NCBI GenBank assembly: GCA_043228905.1
Contig: JBHGNT010000015.1
Coordinates: forward strand, 9,734,001 to 9,798,000
Reading direction: 5' to 3'
From: Azolla caroliniana
Taxonomy: Eukaryota; Plantae; Polypodiophyta
DNA length: 64,000 bases
Shown: one piece after another, positions 1 to 11,790 of the stretch
Layout of the letters: every line of letters starts with the position of its first letter
Position numbering within the stretch: position 1 is the first letter of the stretch
The notes under the pieces: model-generated
Seen by the model: only the letters and a program-made list of their open reading frames with translations
Told to the model about the DNA's origin: nothing
The model's database searches: none
Position numbers and translations under genes: made by a program

Positions 1-410
1 TGTTGGAGTTGAAGCTTCCTATCTATAGTGCTTGTGGCGAAAGTCTTCTTCAGATTTCCCTAAGAATCTTTTGGTGTTTTTGCATCCCTAATGTAGCTTA
101 GGAGCTGTTCGCCCACACAAGACGTGAAGCAGTACAATACTCTGCTTGCCGACTGTTCGCACACCGGGAAATCTCTGTGTGTCAATTCGGGTGTTGTGTC
201 ATTTGAACATGTGTGAGTAGAATATAGGTACTAAGGTGTAAATTCTATATTAAATGTACTTAGGAGTGGAAGATCTAGAATATCTCACTTAAATACAAGG
301 ACCTATTTAAGGCTTTATAGTCAACACTCCTAACTAGATTCTATCTAGGTAACTACGAAGTTACATGGTTGACTAAATAACTAAACTAAATTGAGCTTGA
401 TCTCTCAACA
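1..410. mobile_element. Probable LTR (solo or window-edge)
   Basis: Begins TGTTG and ends CAACA at 410 (5-bp inverted termini). No TSD can be checked because it starts at the window edge. Confidence 0.45.
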
Positions 411-974
411 CATCCGTATGAATCTGTCAAGGTCGTGCTTACTGAGCCAATCCCTAGTGGTTGTCGATAGTGCCATAGGTTCCGTATTTTCTTCGTTGAC
501 ATCGTTGCTACGGTTGGGTGCTTGTGCTCTGTGACTTGCCTACGCTTTTCCAGTGTCACGAAAATATGACAAGGATACGTGAACTTGAGGCACGACCCTA
601 GCGCCTCCGACCAAAGGATATCAGATTCGTGCGTTTATATTTTTAACAATTAACGTAAATGAGAAATTTAGTATTTTTTCATTAGCAAAGGAAAAGAAAT
701 TACAATATGTCCCAAGATTTAGATTCCGAAGTTTTAGGTTTACTGAGATTAATAGAAAAGAAAAATTAGGGGTTTTGAGAGATATGGCTTCCGTAAGGAA
801 AATTAGGGTTTTTGGCTTTTTAGAAAATTATCGTTCTTGAGTGTTCTAGCTTCGATAAGATAAGGGAGCCGAGAGGGGGGGGGGGGGGGGGGGGGGAATG
901 GAGAAAAGAAGAGAGTGCAATATATACGGAGTTCTTTGTTGATCAGAGCCTCGCATGTTCCTTTGCATGCGTCC

Positions 975-1095
975 ACTTTTAGTTGCATGGCCTCCATTTT
1001 TGGTTGCTTGCCCTTTACTTTTGGTTGCATGGCCTCCTTTCTTAGTTGCTTGGCCTCCATTTTTAGTTGCGTGGCCTTTACTTTTGGTTGCGTGC
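975..1095. repeat. 21-bp tandem minisatellite (~6 copies)
   Basis: Unit ~TTTTRGTTGCWTGGCCTYYAY; appears as HATKSKG/HATKNGG/QATKKGG repeats in ORF 846..1127. Confidence 0.85.
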
Positions 1096-1204
1096 GACTG
1101 TTCGTTTAATTCAGCCACACGATCCAATCATCCATAAAAAGTTCAGCCCGTGTAACTTGTATGTCGCAACCAAACCATGCGTTGCAACTGAATCGTAGAT
1201 GCGT

Positions 1205-1580
1205 ACATGCGCGCGCGACCCGACCGCGCCGTATACGCATCCGCACACACGAACATCCCGACCAAGCCATGTATGTGTGCGTTTGCACACACGAGTGTCC
1301 CGACCGAGCTCTGTACACGTCCGCACACACAAGCGTCCCAACTGAGTCGTGTACGCGTTTGTAGACACGAGCGTCCGGACCGAGCCGTGTACACGTCTGT
1401 AGGCACGCACGTCCCGACCGAGCCGTACATCGTGGCTGATCAACCCGTGAAACAAAATCATCTGAGCCATTCATCTTGACCGAGTCGTGTACGTGTCTGC
1501 ACACACGCACGTCCCGATCGAGTCGTACGCAGTGGCTAATCAATTCGTGACCTAAAAATCATTTGAGCCATTCATCCAAA
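1205..1580. repeat. Degenerate ~38-bp GC-rich tandem repeat
   Basis: Recurring GTCCCGACCGAGYCGTGTACRCGT..GCACACAC units, plus two copies of a GTGGCTRATCAA..AAAATCATYTGAGCCATTCATC extension. Confidence 0.8.
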
Positions 1581-3777
1581 CAATTTAGCCCAAGTCACCA
1601 TGAACATTCTAGCTTCACACATAGACATAAAGTAATAGGTTCTGGCTCTCTATATATACTATGGGATCAAATGTTGTCCTATTTATGTGGGATATCTCAT
1701 AGTTTTGTTTTTCCCAATCTTCTCAAACTCACACTCACATAACTTGATACTTGTTTATCCGTTTCATGTGTAGTAAAATGTGTTATGACGCTCTTGAAGA
1801 TGTCCAACTTTCGTACTAATCCATTTAAACTAACCTGAAATAATTATTTCATTACTTTTTCGTATCGTGTGTAAAAAATCACATGACACCAGAAGCCTGC
1901 ACGCTCGGTTGTTCTCTCAAAACCTTTTGTTCGCGAAATGAAACTTCTTCGTCTGTCTGGAAGTTTTGTTACCCCATTTTTTGCAGTCATCACTTCTTGA
2001 TTCCCATGCATGCACGTCATGTATCTTAATAGCATGATTATGCCACGGTGGTGCGCTTTAAATGGGCTGACGTCACACCTTTTCATTGTGACCGTTCAAA
2101 ATCTTGAATAATATCTTTCTTTTTTTCTTTCTTTTTCCTTTTTTCCATACTATTATTATCATGATTTTTTATTTTCTTTTAGTTTTACCTTTTGTACAGC
2201 CTGAGCATCTTCACCCATCATCTGCGAGTACCCGGTTGTACAGGCTCCGTTGTTGTCGGACATTCACCTTTCGCTGGTCCTTCTCTTGCTCTCTAGGTCT
2301 GCCGCTCCTCTAATTGTTTGAATGGGTTCGCCGGCATTGGTCCTGTGTAAGGTTTAAGCCGGATATCGTTTACACATTCCTTCAATATCTCCCCGCCTAA
2401 CATCCCAAATTGGTAGGATCCCTTGACCTCCCTTCTGATCTAGAATGGTTCGGTCCACTGGAACCGCAACTTCCCCGCCAACCGGATTCCTTCTCACTCA
2501 ATCGCTCCTGGACTTGTATCTTTAGATTGGGAATCTGAAATTCCATGAGCATCATCACCTCTAGGTCGAAGGCTAACCGAAATGGTGTTGTCTGAATACT
2601 GGTTTTATACGTCATCCGGTAAGCCCATAACACGTTGTGTAATTTGGTGTCCCAATCCGTCTGGTTCTCATTAACAATTTTCCAGAGGATTTTTTGAAGC
2701 GTCTTGTTTCTTGATTCAACAAATCTGTTTGCCTGCGGATAATACGGTGTGCTCCGTTTGTGAACCATTGCATAGACTATGGTCAAGCTCTCCACAACGT
2801 GGCCAAGAAAATGTCCTCCATGGTCGCTAATCAGGTCGATCGGGCACCCATACGGGCACCATATGTACTCATATGGAAACTTGGCCAACGATGCCATTGT
2901 GTTGTCCGAAAGCACCTTTGGCTCCACCCATTTAGTGCAATAGTCAGTGGCTACTATAAAATACCGGTTTCCAGTACGCATTGCCAATGGCTTGAATGGT
3001 CCAACAAACTCTAACCTCCACTTCTAGAAAGGTTCCAACAGCAACACCGGTTGATCTAGCATTCGAGCCTTCTCAGTTGGTTGACCTAATCGTTGGCATA
3101 AGTCAGACTCTTTGCAGTACCAGACTGTGTCTTTGAGAGTTTTTGGCCACCATAACCCACTTCACCATATTTTCCAGGCAGTGGCGTCTCCGGCATAGTA
3201 CCCTCCGGCTAGTTGGCAGTGAGATTGATGTAAGATTGTGTCCTTCTCGTCACTCCATTATGGAGGTAATCTAGAGCTCAGAAACTGGTTCATGTCCATG
3301 AGCCACTTGTCTTCCCCGACCACTATCTCATCTACCGCCATCTCCACGGTAACCTTGAATAAATCCGCGTCTAGAAACTCATCGCGGACCACGTCACCTG
3401 CCTCGCTGGATTGTAACCGGCTTAAGTAGTCCGCCACTGCATGCTGGACTCCAGGTCGGTGGTATATATCAAATTTTAATTCTTGCAGTAACAAGGTCCA
3501 CCTTGCTAATTTTCCTGTTAGTTACGTGTTGGATACCAAATAGACCAGTGGGGGGTGGTTAACATGAAATGAAAACTTCCGTCCTCACAAATAATGGCGG
3601 TACATCGTCACACTATATACCATCCGCAAAACTTCTCTCTCTGTTGTGGAATAATTCTGTTCAACTTTTGAAAGTTTCTAACTTGCGTAGTATACCGGAC
3701 AATACCACTTTTACTCTACGAGCTGCATGAGGATGCTCCCGATGGCAATGTCCAACATATCGACAAACACATAAAAG

Positions 3778-4648
3778 TGTTACATTCTAGACTCAAACCT
3801 CTAACTTTTAACACACACAGTACATTGTGTTGTGTTAACCATATGGAAACTCTTGTGAACTGTCCACATTGGATTGTGAACTTGTATATATTGTATAGTC
3901 TAGTGTATAGTACATGAATATTCTGGTCATGAGTATATTCTAGAATTATTTTGTGGTATATCCTAAATTGGTATATTCTCAAGATATTTGTTGAGTATAT
4001 TCTAGAGATATTCATTCTCGAAAATTGTATAAATACTTGTAACATCCTTGATCCCTTTCAAGGGATTCAACACCATTCATTGGCATATCAATCTAGTATT
4101 CTTGTTTTGCCTCATCTTTGTTGCCTTGATCTTTATTTCTGTCTTCATTCTCTATCATCGTTCACTCGAACCTCTGACTTTTAACGTACATAGTACATTG
4201 TGTTGTGTTAACCATATGGAAACTCTTGTGAACTGTCCACATTCGATTGTGAACTTTTATATTTTGTAGAGTCTAGTGTATAGTACATTCGAGAATATTG
4301 TAGTCATTAGTATATTCTAGAATTATTCTGTGGTATATTTTAAACGGGTATATTCTCGAGATATTTCTCGAGTATATTCTAGAGATATTCATTCTCGGAA
4401 ATTGTATAAATACTTGTAACATCCTTGGTCCATTTCAAGGGATTCAACACTAGTCATTGACACATCAATCTAGTATTCTTGTTTCGCCTCATCTTTGTCT
4501 CCTTGATCTTTATTTCTGTCTTCATGCCCTGATGTCGCTCACAACATCTAGAGTTCCTAGCCTCGTCACATCTAGCTCCTGTTCATCCGTCGCTCATAGC
4601 CCCATCATCTGCGGTTCATCCTAGTCTGCTCTTGGTGTGTCCGTGAAA
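3778..4648 (+). mobile_element. Solo LTR with internal ~370-bp tandem duplication, inserted in RNase H of element 1
   Basis: Starts TGTTAC and ends GTGAAA (likely mutated GTGACA). TSD AAAAG at 3773-3777 and 4649-4653. The pol frame continues across it. TATAAAT occurs in each copy. Confidence 0.85.
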
Positions 4649-7600
4649 AAAAGTCCTTTGTCCAATCTGGATGTTGCACCACCGGAGCTTATGACAGCAT
4701 CACTTTCAGCGCTTGATAAGCCTTGTCTTCTTGCCCCGTCCATTGGAATGGTACGCGGTGCATAGCTACATGCAATGGAGTTGTGAAGTCTACAAGATAC
4801 TGGAGCATCTGGCTATGCCGCCGGATCTTCCCTAAGAACCGGCTCAATGCTTTGGCATTGGTTGGTGTTGGTGCTTGCAAGATTGCTTTTACCTTGTCCG
4901 AGTACACAACAATTCCCTCCCTACTAACAATGTTGATACAACTGGGGGTCCATGCCTCACATATCTTCGTAAGACCATGCAAAAATGTTTCGGAATTCTT
5001 TGAGTAGCTCAATCATTGTTGTTTTCTCCTCTAGTAGCATTTCCTTTGCCACATTTACTAGTCTTGGTGCCTCACCTGTCCCCAAGTTGACCTCTTCCAG
5101 CTTAGAAGCCTTTACTCTTTGGGATACGGCCATCTCCCACTCCAACAATTCCTGCACCTGTCGTAGTTCCCGGATTGCCTCCCAATCCGGCTCGTCAATT
5201 CCATCATCCTTGCGTGTGACGTATAGTGTGACGGCTTTGGCTATGTCTACTTCAAATAGTGGCACAATCTTGGGATGTTCCTCAAAATACCGGTCAACTT
5301 CGTCATCCACCAATCCATCCAACATGTTAATACTTTCCATGTATAGGAGTGTGAGTTGCTTACTTGTACCAGCCCGTTGGTGTGTCGACACCCGCACTTT
5401 AGTTTTGCCTTGTCGCAAGGTGATCACGTTCTTCTACCAGTTTTGCTTAATATGTGCCATTAGAAACCATGGTCTTCCTAATAACAGGGGGTATGCCCCT
5501 GGCGTGATGAGTTATAGGACCCTCCGATTGTAATGTCCAGGTTCCGGATGAGTCTAGTTGGCCAGACCAAACTGGTATCTGCCATTCATAGCCAAAATGG
5601 GCACGGTTCCCATTCTCTCATGCCCAATGTATCACATTAGTGCGCTGATTACATTTACATTGGAGCCTCTGTTAATAATTGTTCTGGGTACTTCGCTTCC
5701 TTTGAGGATAACCGTGACCATCAGACTACTCGTATCAACCACTACCGATCCTTCCTCCGGGTTTGAGAAAAATACCGTTGTTGGCTCCGGATTTTGTGTT
5801 GAGAAAGTTGATTTTAACCCTTCCATAAATTTGGGAACCAATTGCAAAAGACAGCCTAGTGGCAGCATAATCTAGCATTGTTGCAAAGCCTGCTAGGTCG
5901 GGCTAGTATCCGTGTTCTCAGGTGGTTGTTCCGGAATCTTGATTTGCTCTTTTAATTTGGCCGGGTTCCGTTCATTGGCCTTTTGTATCCACTTTGTAGC
6001 TTGCCTCCTAGGCCTCCCACTCTGCAACTTTCCCTTTCGATCGGATGGTGACTTGTTGTACATACCTGACTTCTCGTTAGACTTGACTAGGCACTAGCTG
6101 CTATAATGGACTCCCTCCAACAATAGTAGTAGTACACTTTTCGGACATTGCTCGATTCCCCTTAAATTTTCTGTACTACCCGACTAGATACCGGAATTCA
6201 TTCGGTTGATATTTTCTGGCCTCCGCTGCTCTGGTTGTGGGACGATCATGTCTGTATTCGGCTCCCATCCATATTCCCAGGTCAGTTCACGACACTCATC
6301 TCGCAGAAAATTTCCCCTACGGTTCCGCGTACCGTCTATCTTGGTCTGGTTACGCTCGTCGTTCTGGGTACCTTCTATCGTCTCTTCGTCGGTCACTATC
6401 CAGAGAGTAATCTCGCTCGTGGCGATCCCGGTCTTTGTCCTCTCTCTTTCTGTCATCATACCGGTATCCGCGTTTTGGTCATTGCTCACCCTAGGGCTCA
6501 ATGCGTCGGACCAATGTAGCTTGCCGATTTAAAAGATTGTACTCACATCGGTCCATGGTGTGTGACTGGGAGTGACACAACATGCATTGAGCCCGCATTG
6601 TGCATTCCAATGTGGAGTGGCCGGGGTTGAGGCATGTTGTGCACTGGAATGTCTGCCGAAACCGTAGTTCCTCCTCTCTAGGCAGTGCTCGTTGTAGAGC
6701 TCCCATCACCATGTCGTTATTGTTTTTGGTCCTATCCGTTTCCAACACTCGATCGACAACTTGATCAATGGTGTTGGTTCAGAAGTCCAACACGGAAGGC
6801 ATTGTCCGGAGTGGTTCCGAGAGCGTGGCCAAAAAGACTGCTTTTGCCTCATCCTCGGATGATGAATTGTGGGACTATCTTGTTGGGCTCTTGATATACC
6901 ATATAAAATTGGCTGACGAGCTCCCTCTACTCCACTTGTTAGTGAAATAGTCACAAAAATTTATCCTAGAGGGCTTCAAATGTGGTGAAGCTACCCGGAA
7001 GATGCTTTTTGTGCCATCGTGGCGCCGGTCCTTCAAGCGTCATACCGAATTCTACATTCTTTGATCGCTCGGCTTCTACTTCCATCAGTCTTCGTGAAAC
7101 ATGTTGGCTTCCCATGTTTGCAAAAAGGTGTATGCATGTGCTTCCACATCTGGGTCTTGCATGTGAGTACGTGTATGGCATGTTCTCGTCGTCTGCCAGT
7201 CGTTCTAATGGTGGTGTCCGTGTGCGATCGTCCTTCTTCTCTGATTGTTGGTTTAATGGTGGCGTTGGGATGCAATTATTCTCTTTTTCTTGTTGTTGTT
7301 TCAGATTCTCCTCTTGTGTTTGTGGTATTGGTACCGTCGTTTCTGACTTTGGTGTTGGTGTGTGCTCAGTTCCATCTTCCCCCGATTCGTCCCGCGTATC
7401 TTGACTAGAACGGTAGTTGGAGAGTATGTTGTGTTCGTTGTTCGATTCCGACTCGAATACTGAAAATGATTCCGAGTCCCCGGCGCCTCTGTCTAGGGTT
7501 TGTAGTATCAATTCTGTGTTGCACAAATTGATCAGAATACTACCTTTGTCAAAATGTCTTTGGTTTTGTAACTCGATTGTCTCCTCCGCGACTGCCGAAT

Positions 7601-7774
7601 CTCTATGGGAAAATACCGATCCTTTCAAATCTCCTCGTCCGCCTATTGGTAGGCCTCTCGCCTCCCCAATCTCTCGGCTAGTCTTCTCACTCGTTCAACA
7701 ACTGTGTCATTTGTTGGTCTATTCATCCACTCCTCGTCATTCGCTGCACCATGCAGGAATCGTGTCGCCAAATT

Positions 7775-8118
7775 TGTGTTTACTCTAGGCTGGACATAAC
7801 CACAAATACAGGGGTGTCTGTTTCGGACACTTCACCAAAGGGGTGGTTAATGGGATGATGTTATCCGACACAGATCCGATTCCAATATGGGTATTTTACG
7901 GATACTCTCCGGATGGTTAATACACAACCGATTCCTAAAAACACATGTAAGCATACGAATGGAAGCGCAAAACAACAAGTAAGCAAGAGACACAATATAA
8001 TTAAATTAGAACGCTCAACTTGTATTACTTCCGTTGTTAATTACATCGATTTTTGGATCCTTTTATAGGCATCTGGTTATAAAAGGATTCGGTTGAGCTT
8101 GTCTACTCAACAGACACA
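7775..8118 (-). repeat. 5' LTR of gypsy element 1 (344 bp) with adjacent PBS
   Basis: TGTGT...ACACA termini; TGGCGACACG PBS-like sequence on the - strand at ~7761-7770; copia coding sequence resumes at 8119. Confidence 0.7.
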
Positions 8119-8989
8119 TTCCAAAAGTTTGATTGAATCTAATATTAGCCGGTTGGCTAGATGACGAAGGCTACATGGGTAGCATCCGGAACAACGTCAT
8201 GAACTTCTACAAAGGGAGCTTGATTGTCGCCCAAGCCTGCAAGACCAACACACTATACCTAATGCATGCTCGAATATGCGGGGAAGAAGTGGATGTAGCA
8301 GTAGACACAATCGGTGAGTTATGGCATAGGAGGTTGTGTCACATGAGTGAGGAGAGGATGTGAAAACATGCTAATGATAACCTAATTCTGGAGGTGAAGA
8401 ATGTGCAACTCGAGAAGTGCATCGATTGTTTGGCTGGAAAGAAAAACAGAACCTCCTTCTGAACTAGGCCCCTGACAAGGAAGAAAATGCCGTTGGAATT
8501 CATACATACGGATGTATGTTACGTGGACACAAAGTTGAATGTTGGTTCACAATATGTTGGGACCTTCATTCAATTGTAGTCAGAAGCTATGTAGTCAGAA
8601 GTTGTGGGGTTCCGTCCTAAAGAACAAGGACAAAGTTTTGTCGGCCTTCAGAGAGTTCCAAGTGAGAGTTGATCGAGAGACCGGCCAACGACTAAAAGCG
8701 TTCCGAGCGAATAATGGAGGAGAATAAAAAGGACAGTTCGAATAGTACTTTCAGTTGAAGGCAAGTCGAGTATATTGTGCCAAAGATGCCAGAACTCAAC
8801 GGACTAGCCAAGAGGATAAACTGGACCATCATGGAGAGGGTCCAAAGTATGTTAGCACATGCCAAGTTATCCCAGATGTTCTGGGCTAAGGCGATGACGA
8901 CATTAGTGTATGTGATAAATAGATCACCCTTAGCGCCCCTGGACGGAGATGTTCCACGACGAGTGTAGATTAGCAAAGACGTGTTGTAC

Positions 8990-10718
8990 CCTTCTCTGTT
9001 CCCTTCCACGATGATCTTGCTTTCTTCTTCCATGAAGCACCCGAGATGAGTAAATCAAACTTGCATACCCTGATCCACAATTTGTCCGACCGACACCAAA
9101 TTCTTGGTGATTGTGGGCACTTGCAAGACATTCCTCATGATTCCCTTCTAGCTGACATGGCTCAGAGGGACATCTCCAATGTGTTTGGTGGGGTGAGGGG
9201 TGTCATTACTAGTTTCGACAATCCCCCGCGGCTCCGGCTTTTCCAGAGTCGAGAACCACTTCTTGTCATTCAACACCCCCAAATCCACATACCACACCTC
9301 ATTCGACCTTGAGGTGTTCACTGCCATTGAGTTGTCTTTGTGCTTCATCACGAAGGCTGGGCCCATTTTGGCTCACTTTGAGCCTTTGGCATAGTGTGAT
9401 CTCTGACGCCTATCTATGTTAACTCGGCTCGATCCGACCTTGTCCGAATCGGCTCTCTTTTTCCAGCACTTGCTCTCTCTATGGCCCTTTCGACCATAGT
9501 ACCAACAGTCCGTTGCAACCTTTCCTTGACTCCCCCTACCCATGGAGGGTCTATAACTGATCTGCCTTTGTGTACAACATCTTGTTGTCGGTGTGTGTAC
9601 TCGTTAAAGCACCCAAGTGATTTTCTTCTACGAACAACATCCATTGTAGCTCGAAAAACGAAGGCGTATTTTCCCTTGTGCAAACGGCCATTTGGAATGC
9701 TCCGAACTTCGACGCCAGCCCTCTGAGGAAAACCTGCACGATTTCGTCCTCCTCGACGTTCACGTTGACGGAGGCGAGGGAGTCGCAGATTTCCATGATC
9801 TTGGAGGTGTAGTCAGGCACCAACATTTTTCTCTGTCAGAGATTGGACAACTCCTGTATGAGTTGACGCTTTCTGGTTGTGGTGCTTGCGGCTAAAATCT
9901 CATATTTCCCCAAGCATCCTTTAGCGTCCTTGCATCCCGAATGTAGCTCAAAAGTTGATCGCTCACACAGGATACAAAGCAGTAGAGAGCGTTGTTGGCC
10001 GCCTATTCCCAGGCTGGGAAATCTCTATGTGTCAGTTCGGGTGCTGCATCATTAGCTCCTTCGACATAACTCCAATAATTGTGCCCCAGCAGGTACTGGT
10101 GCATCTTGTACCACCAAGATGCATAGTTGCTCCTGTCTAGCTTTTCAGTCGAAAGCAAGCTTCCTGTTCCTCTGTCCATGTTCCTGTCTTTTCTTTTCCA
10201 AAAATGAGAAAACTTTTCTTTGTCCTGTTCGCTTGCTTTTCTGTCGGTTGCAGAGGATTTTCAACCCTCACGCTCTGATACCATGTGAAAGAATACGTGT
10301 GCCAAAGCGTGTGCGATAGACACCGACCGAGTACATAGTTGGTTTTGGAAACTCAGTAGTTATGTATACACAAAGAATACATACACAGTGAGAGAGAGAC
10401 ACAGAGAGTGAGCAAACAACAACACTTTACTTTCAAATAATGAACACTTTGTACATACACTGTACACTATGCTCAATGAGCACTTTTTATGCAAGCCTCT
10501 AATGAGTGGGCTAACAATAGTACCATCACTACTTGAATGCTCATAAATGAGCCTGACACTAATTGTTCCTACAATATTCCTATTTACTATAATAGGAATT
10601 TAGGCCCTCAACGGCCTTTCGGAATCCTTCTGACTCGGCACACCCGAATCGAACCCTATTCGATTCAGCTCTTAGCTTCTTCAGCCTATTCGGCCCATGT
10701 TGAGCTTGTCTCTCAATA
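8990..10718 (-). mobile_element. Truncated Ty1/copia: 5' LTR (10284-10718), tRNA-iMet PBS, gag and PR
   Basis: PBS TGGTATCAGAG (CTCTGATACCA at 10273-10283); copia gag (DYTSKIMEICDSLASV); PR-like WYVDLG; LTR related to 12160-12527. Confidence 0.85.
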
Positions 10719-11790
10719 TATTCTTTACACGGAGTATGGAGGTTCATGAGGGTGAGGGTGGCGGGGAGGACAGACATGGTGGCAGAGAAGTCTTATGTTG
10801 AGCGGGGTAGGCAGAAGCCTTGCATCTAGTCGATGGTGGTGAAGAAGTCTTTGTTCTTGCCAGTGAGTCATGTGGAGGTGACATGACTAACGAAGAGAGA
10901 GGGTAGTGTCCTACCAAATTTTATATATGTGAGGAGGGTTGGCGGTGCGGTGGTGATCGGTTACGTTAGTCCTAGTGGACTCGTTGAAGAAACTAACATT
11001 CCCTAACACACACTTTGGTATATGGGTTGGGGGTGCCGAATGTACAAAGGAGGACGTGCAATTCCTAGCAACGAGTATATGTGGGGCAGGGGGACTGTTT
11101 CGGAACTTCTCACAGAGGTATTGTGTGAGGAACCATGCGAAGTGCATCGGTGGCTTGGGGCGTAATCATCATTCTTTAACTCGGTGGTATACTTCTTGGC
11201 CCCAATTGATAGGGTGGGGGTCATGTGCACACTTGAGGAACTCCTCAGTGATGTAGGAGGTAATAACATGCATGGTCATGTTCCCTTTTTGAGTGATTGC
11301 ATTGCATTTATCGTGTAAGTAGAGGGAAAATTCTGTGAATCCCCACCCTTTCCTAACCGTTGTAGTTCTAACAAGCCTCAGGGATGATGTCAGGCACGAC
11401 CTTGGGTGACGTTGTTGAGTGGAAGAGAATGCCATATGTTGGTAGCTATAAGGTGGTCTAGATGTTATCCAAAGTGAACTGAAAATGGACCAAGTCGGCA
11501 TCCACGAAAACATGCATGGTCACCGTTGTTGTGCATGGGTCGTAACCAACAAGGAGTTTTTGGACAAATTCGGGAAGCACGCCCCAAGACCTAATGCCGA
11601 GAAAAAAATTCAACCTGAGGCAGCCGAGTATTGTGAACACATCGGGGTCTTGGTAATGCAGTTGCATTGTTGTAGTCGACACGCAATCAATGCATTCGGT
11701 GTCATTGAAAGTTGTGGTGAACACCAATGTCCCACATCACGGGTCCAGGAAGAAGGAATGGAGGAGTTTGACAAAACCTGGTGATGGAGT
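10719..11790 (-). pseudogene. Fragment of a probable retrotransposon accessory ORF, family unknown
   Basis: Broken - strand frames with an INWGQEVYHRV motif resembling the VDWG motif of the accessory ORF at 30333; no termini found. Confidence 0.3.

Larger units (their letters stand above)
2200..8118 (-). mobile_element. Degenerate non-chromovirus Ty3/gypsy (Phygy/Athila-Tat-like) element 1: gag with CCHC knuckles, PR, deleted RT, RNase H, integrase; only the 5' LTR seen
   Basis: INT ([23 protein letters not shown]), RH-region (LLQELKFDIYHRPG), PR (TIINRGSNVNVI), zinc knuckles (CTTCLNPGHSTLEC, CMLCHSQSHTMDRC). Homologous to 18073-33750. Confidence 0.9.

Noticed and set aside
803-1543. Repeat-protein ORFs (HATKSKG etc.)
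   Set aside because: Open in several frames on both strands because of tandem DNA repeats; no gene structure.
1205-1580. CRISPR-like array
   Set aside because: Degenerate adjacent repeats, no unique spacers, no cas genes, eukaryotic context.
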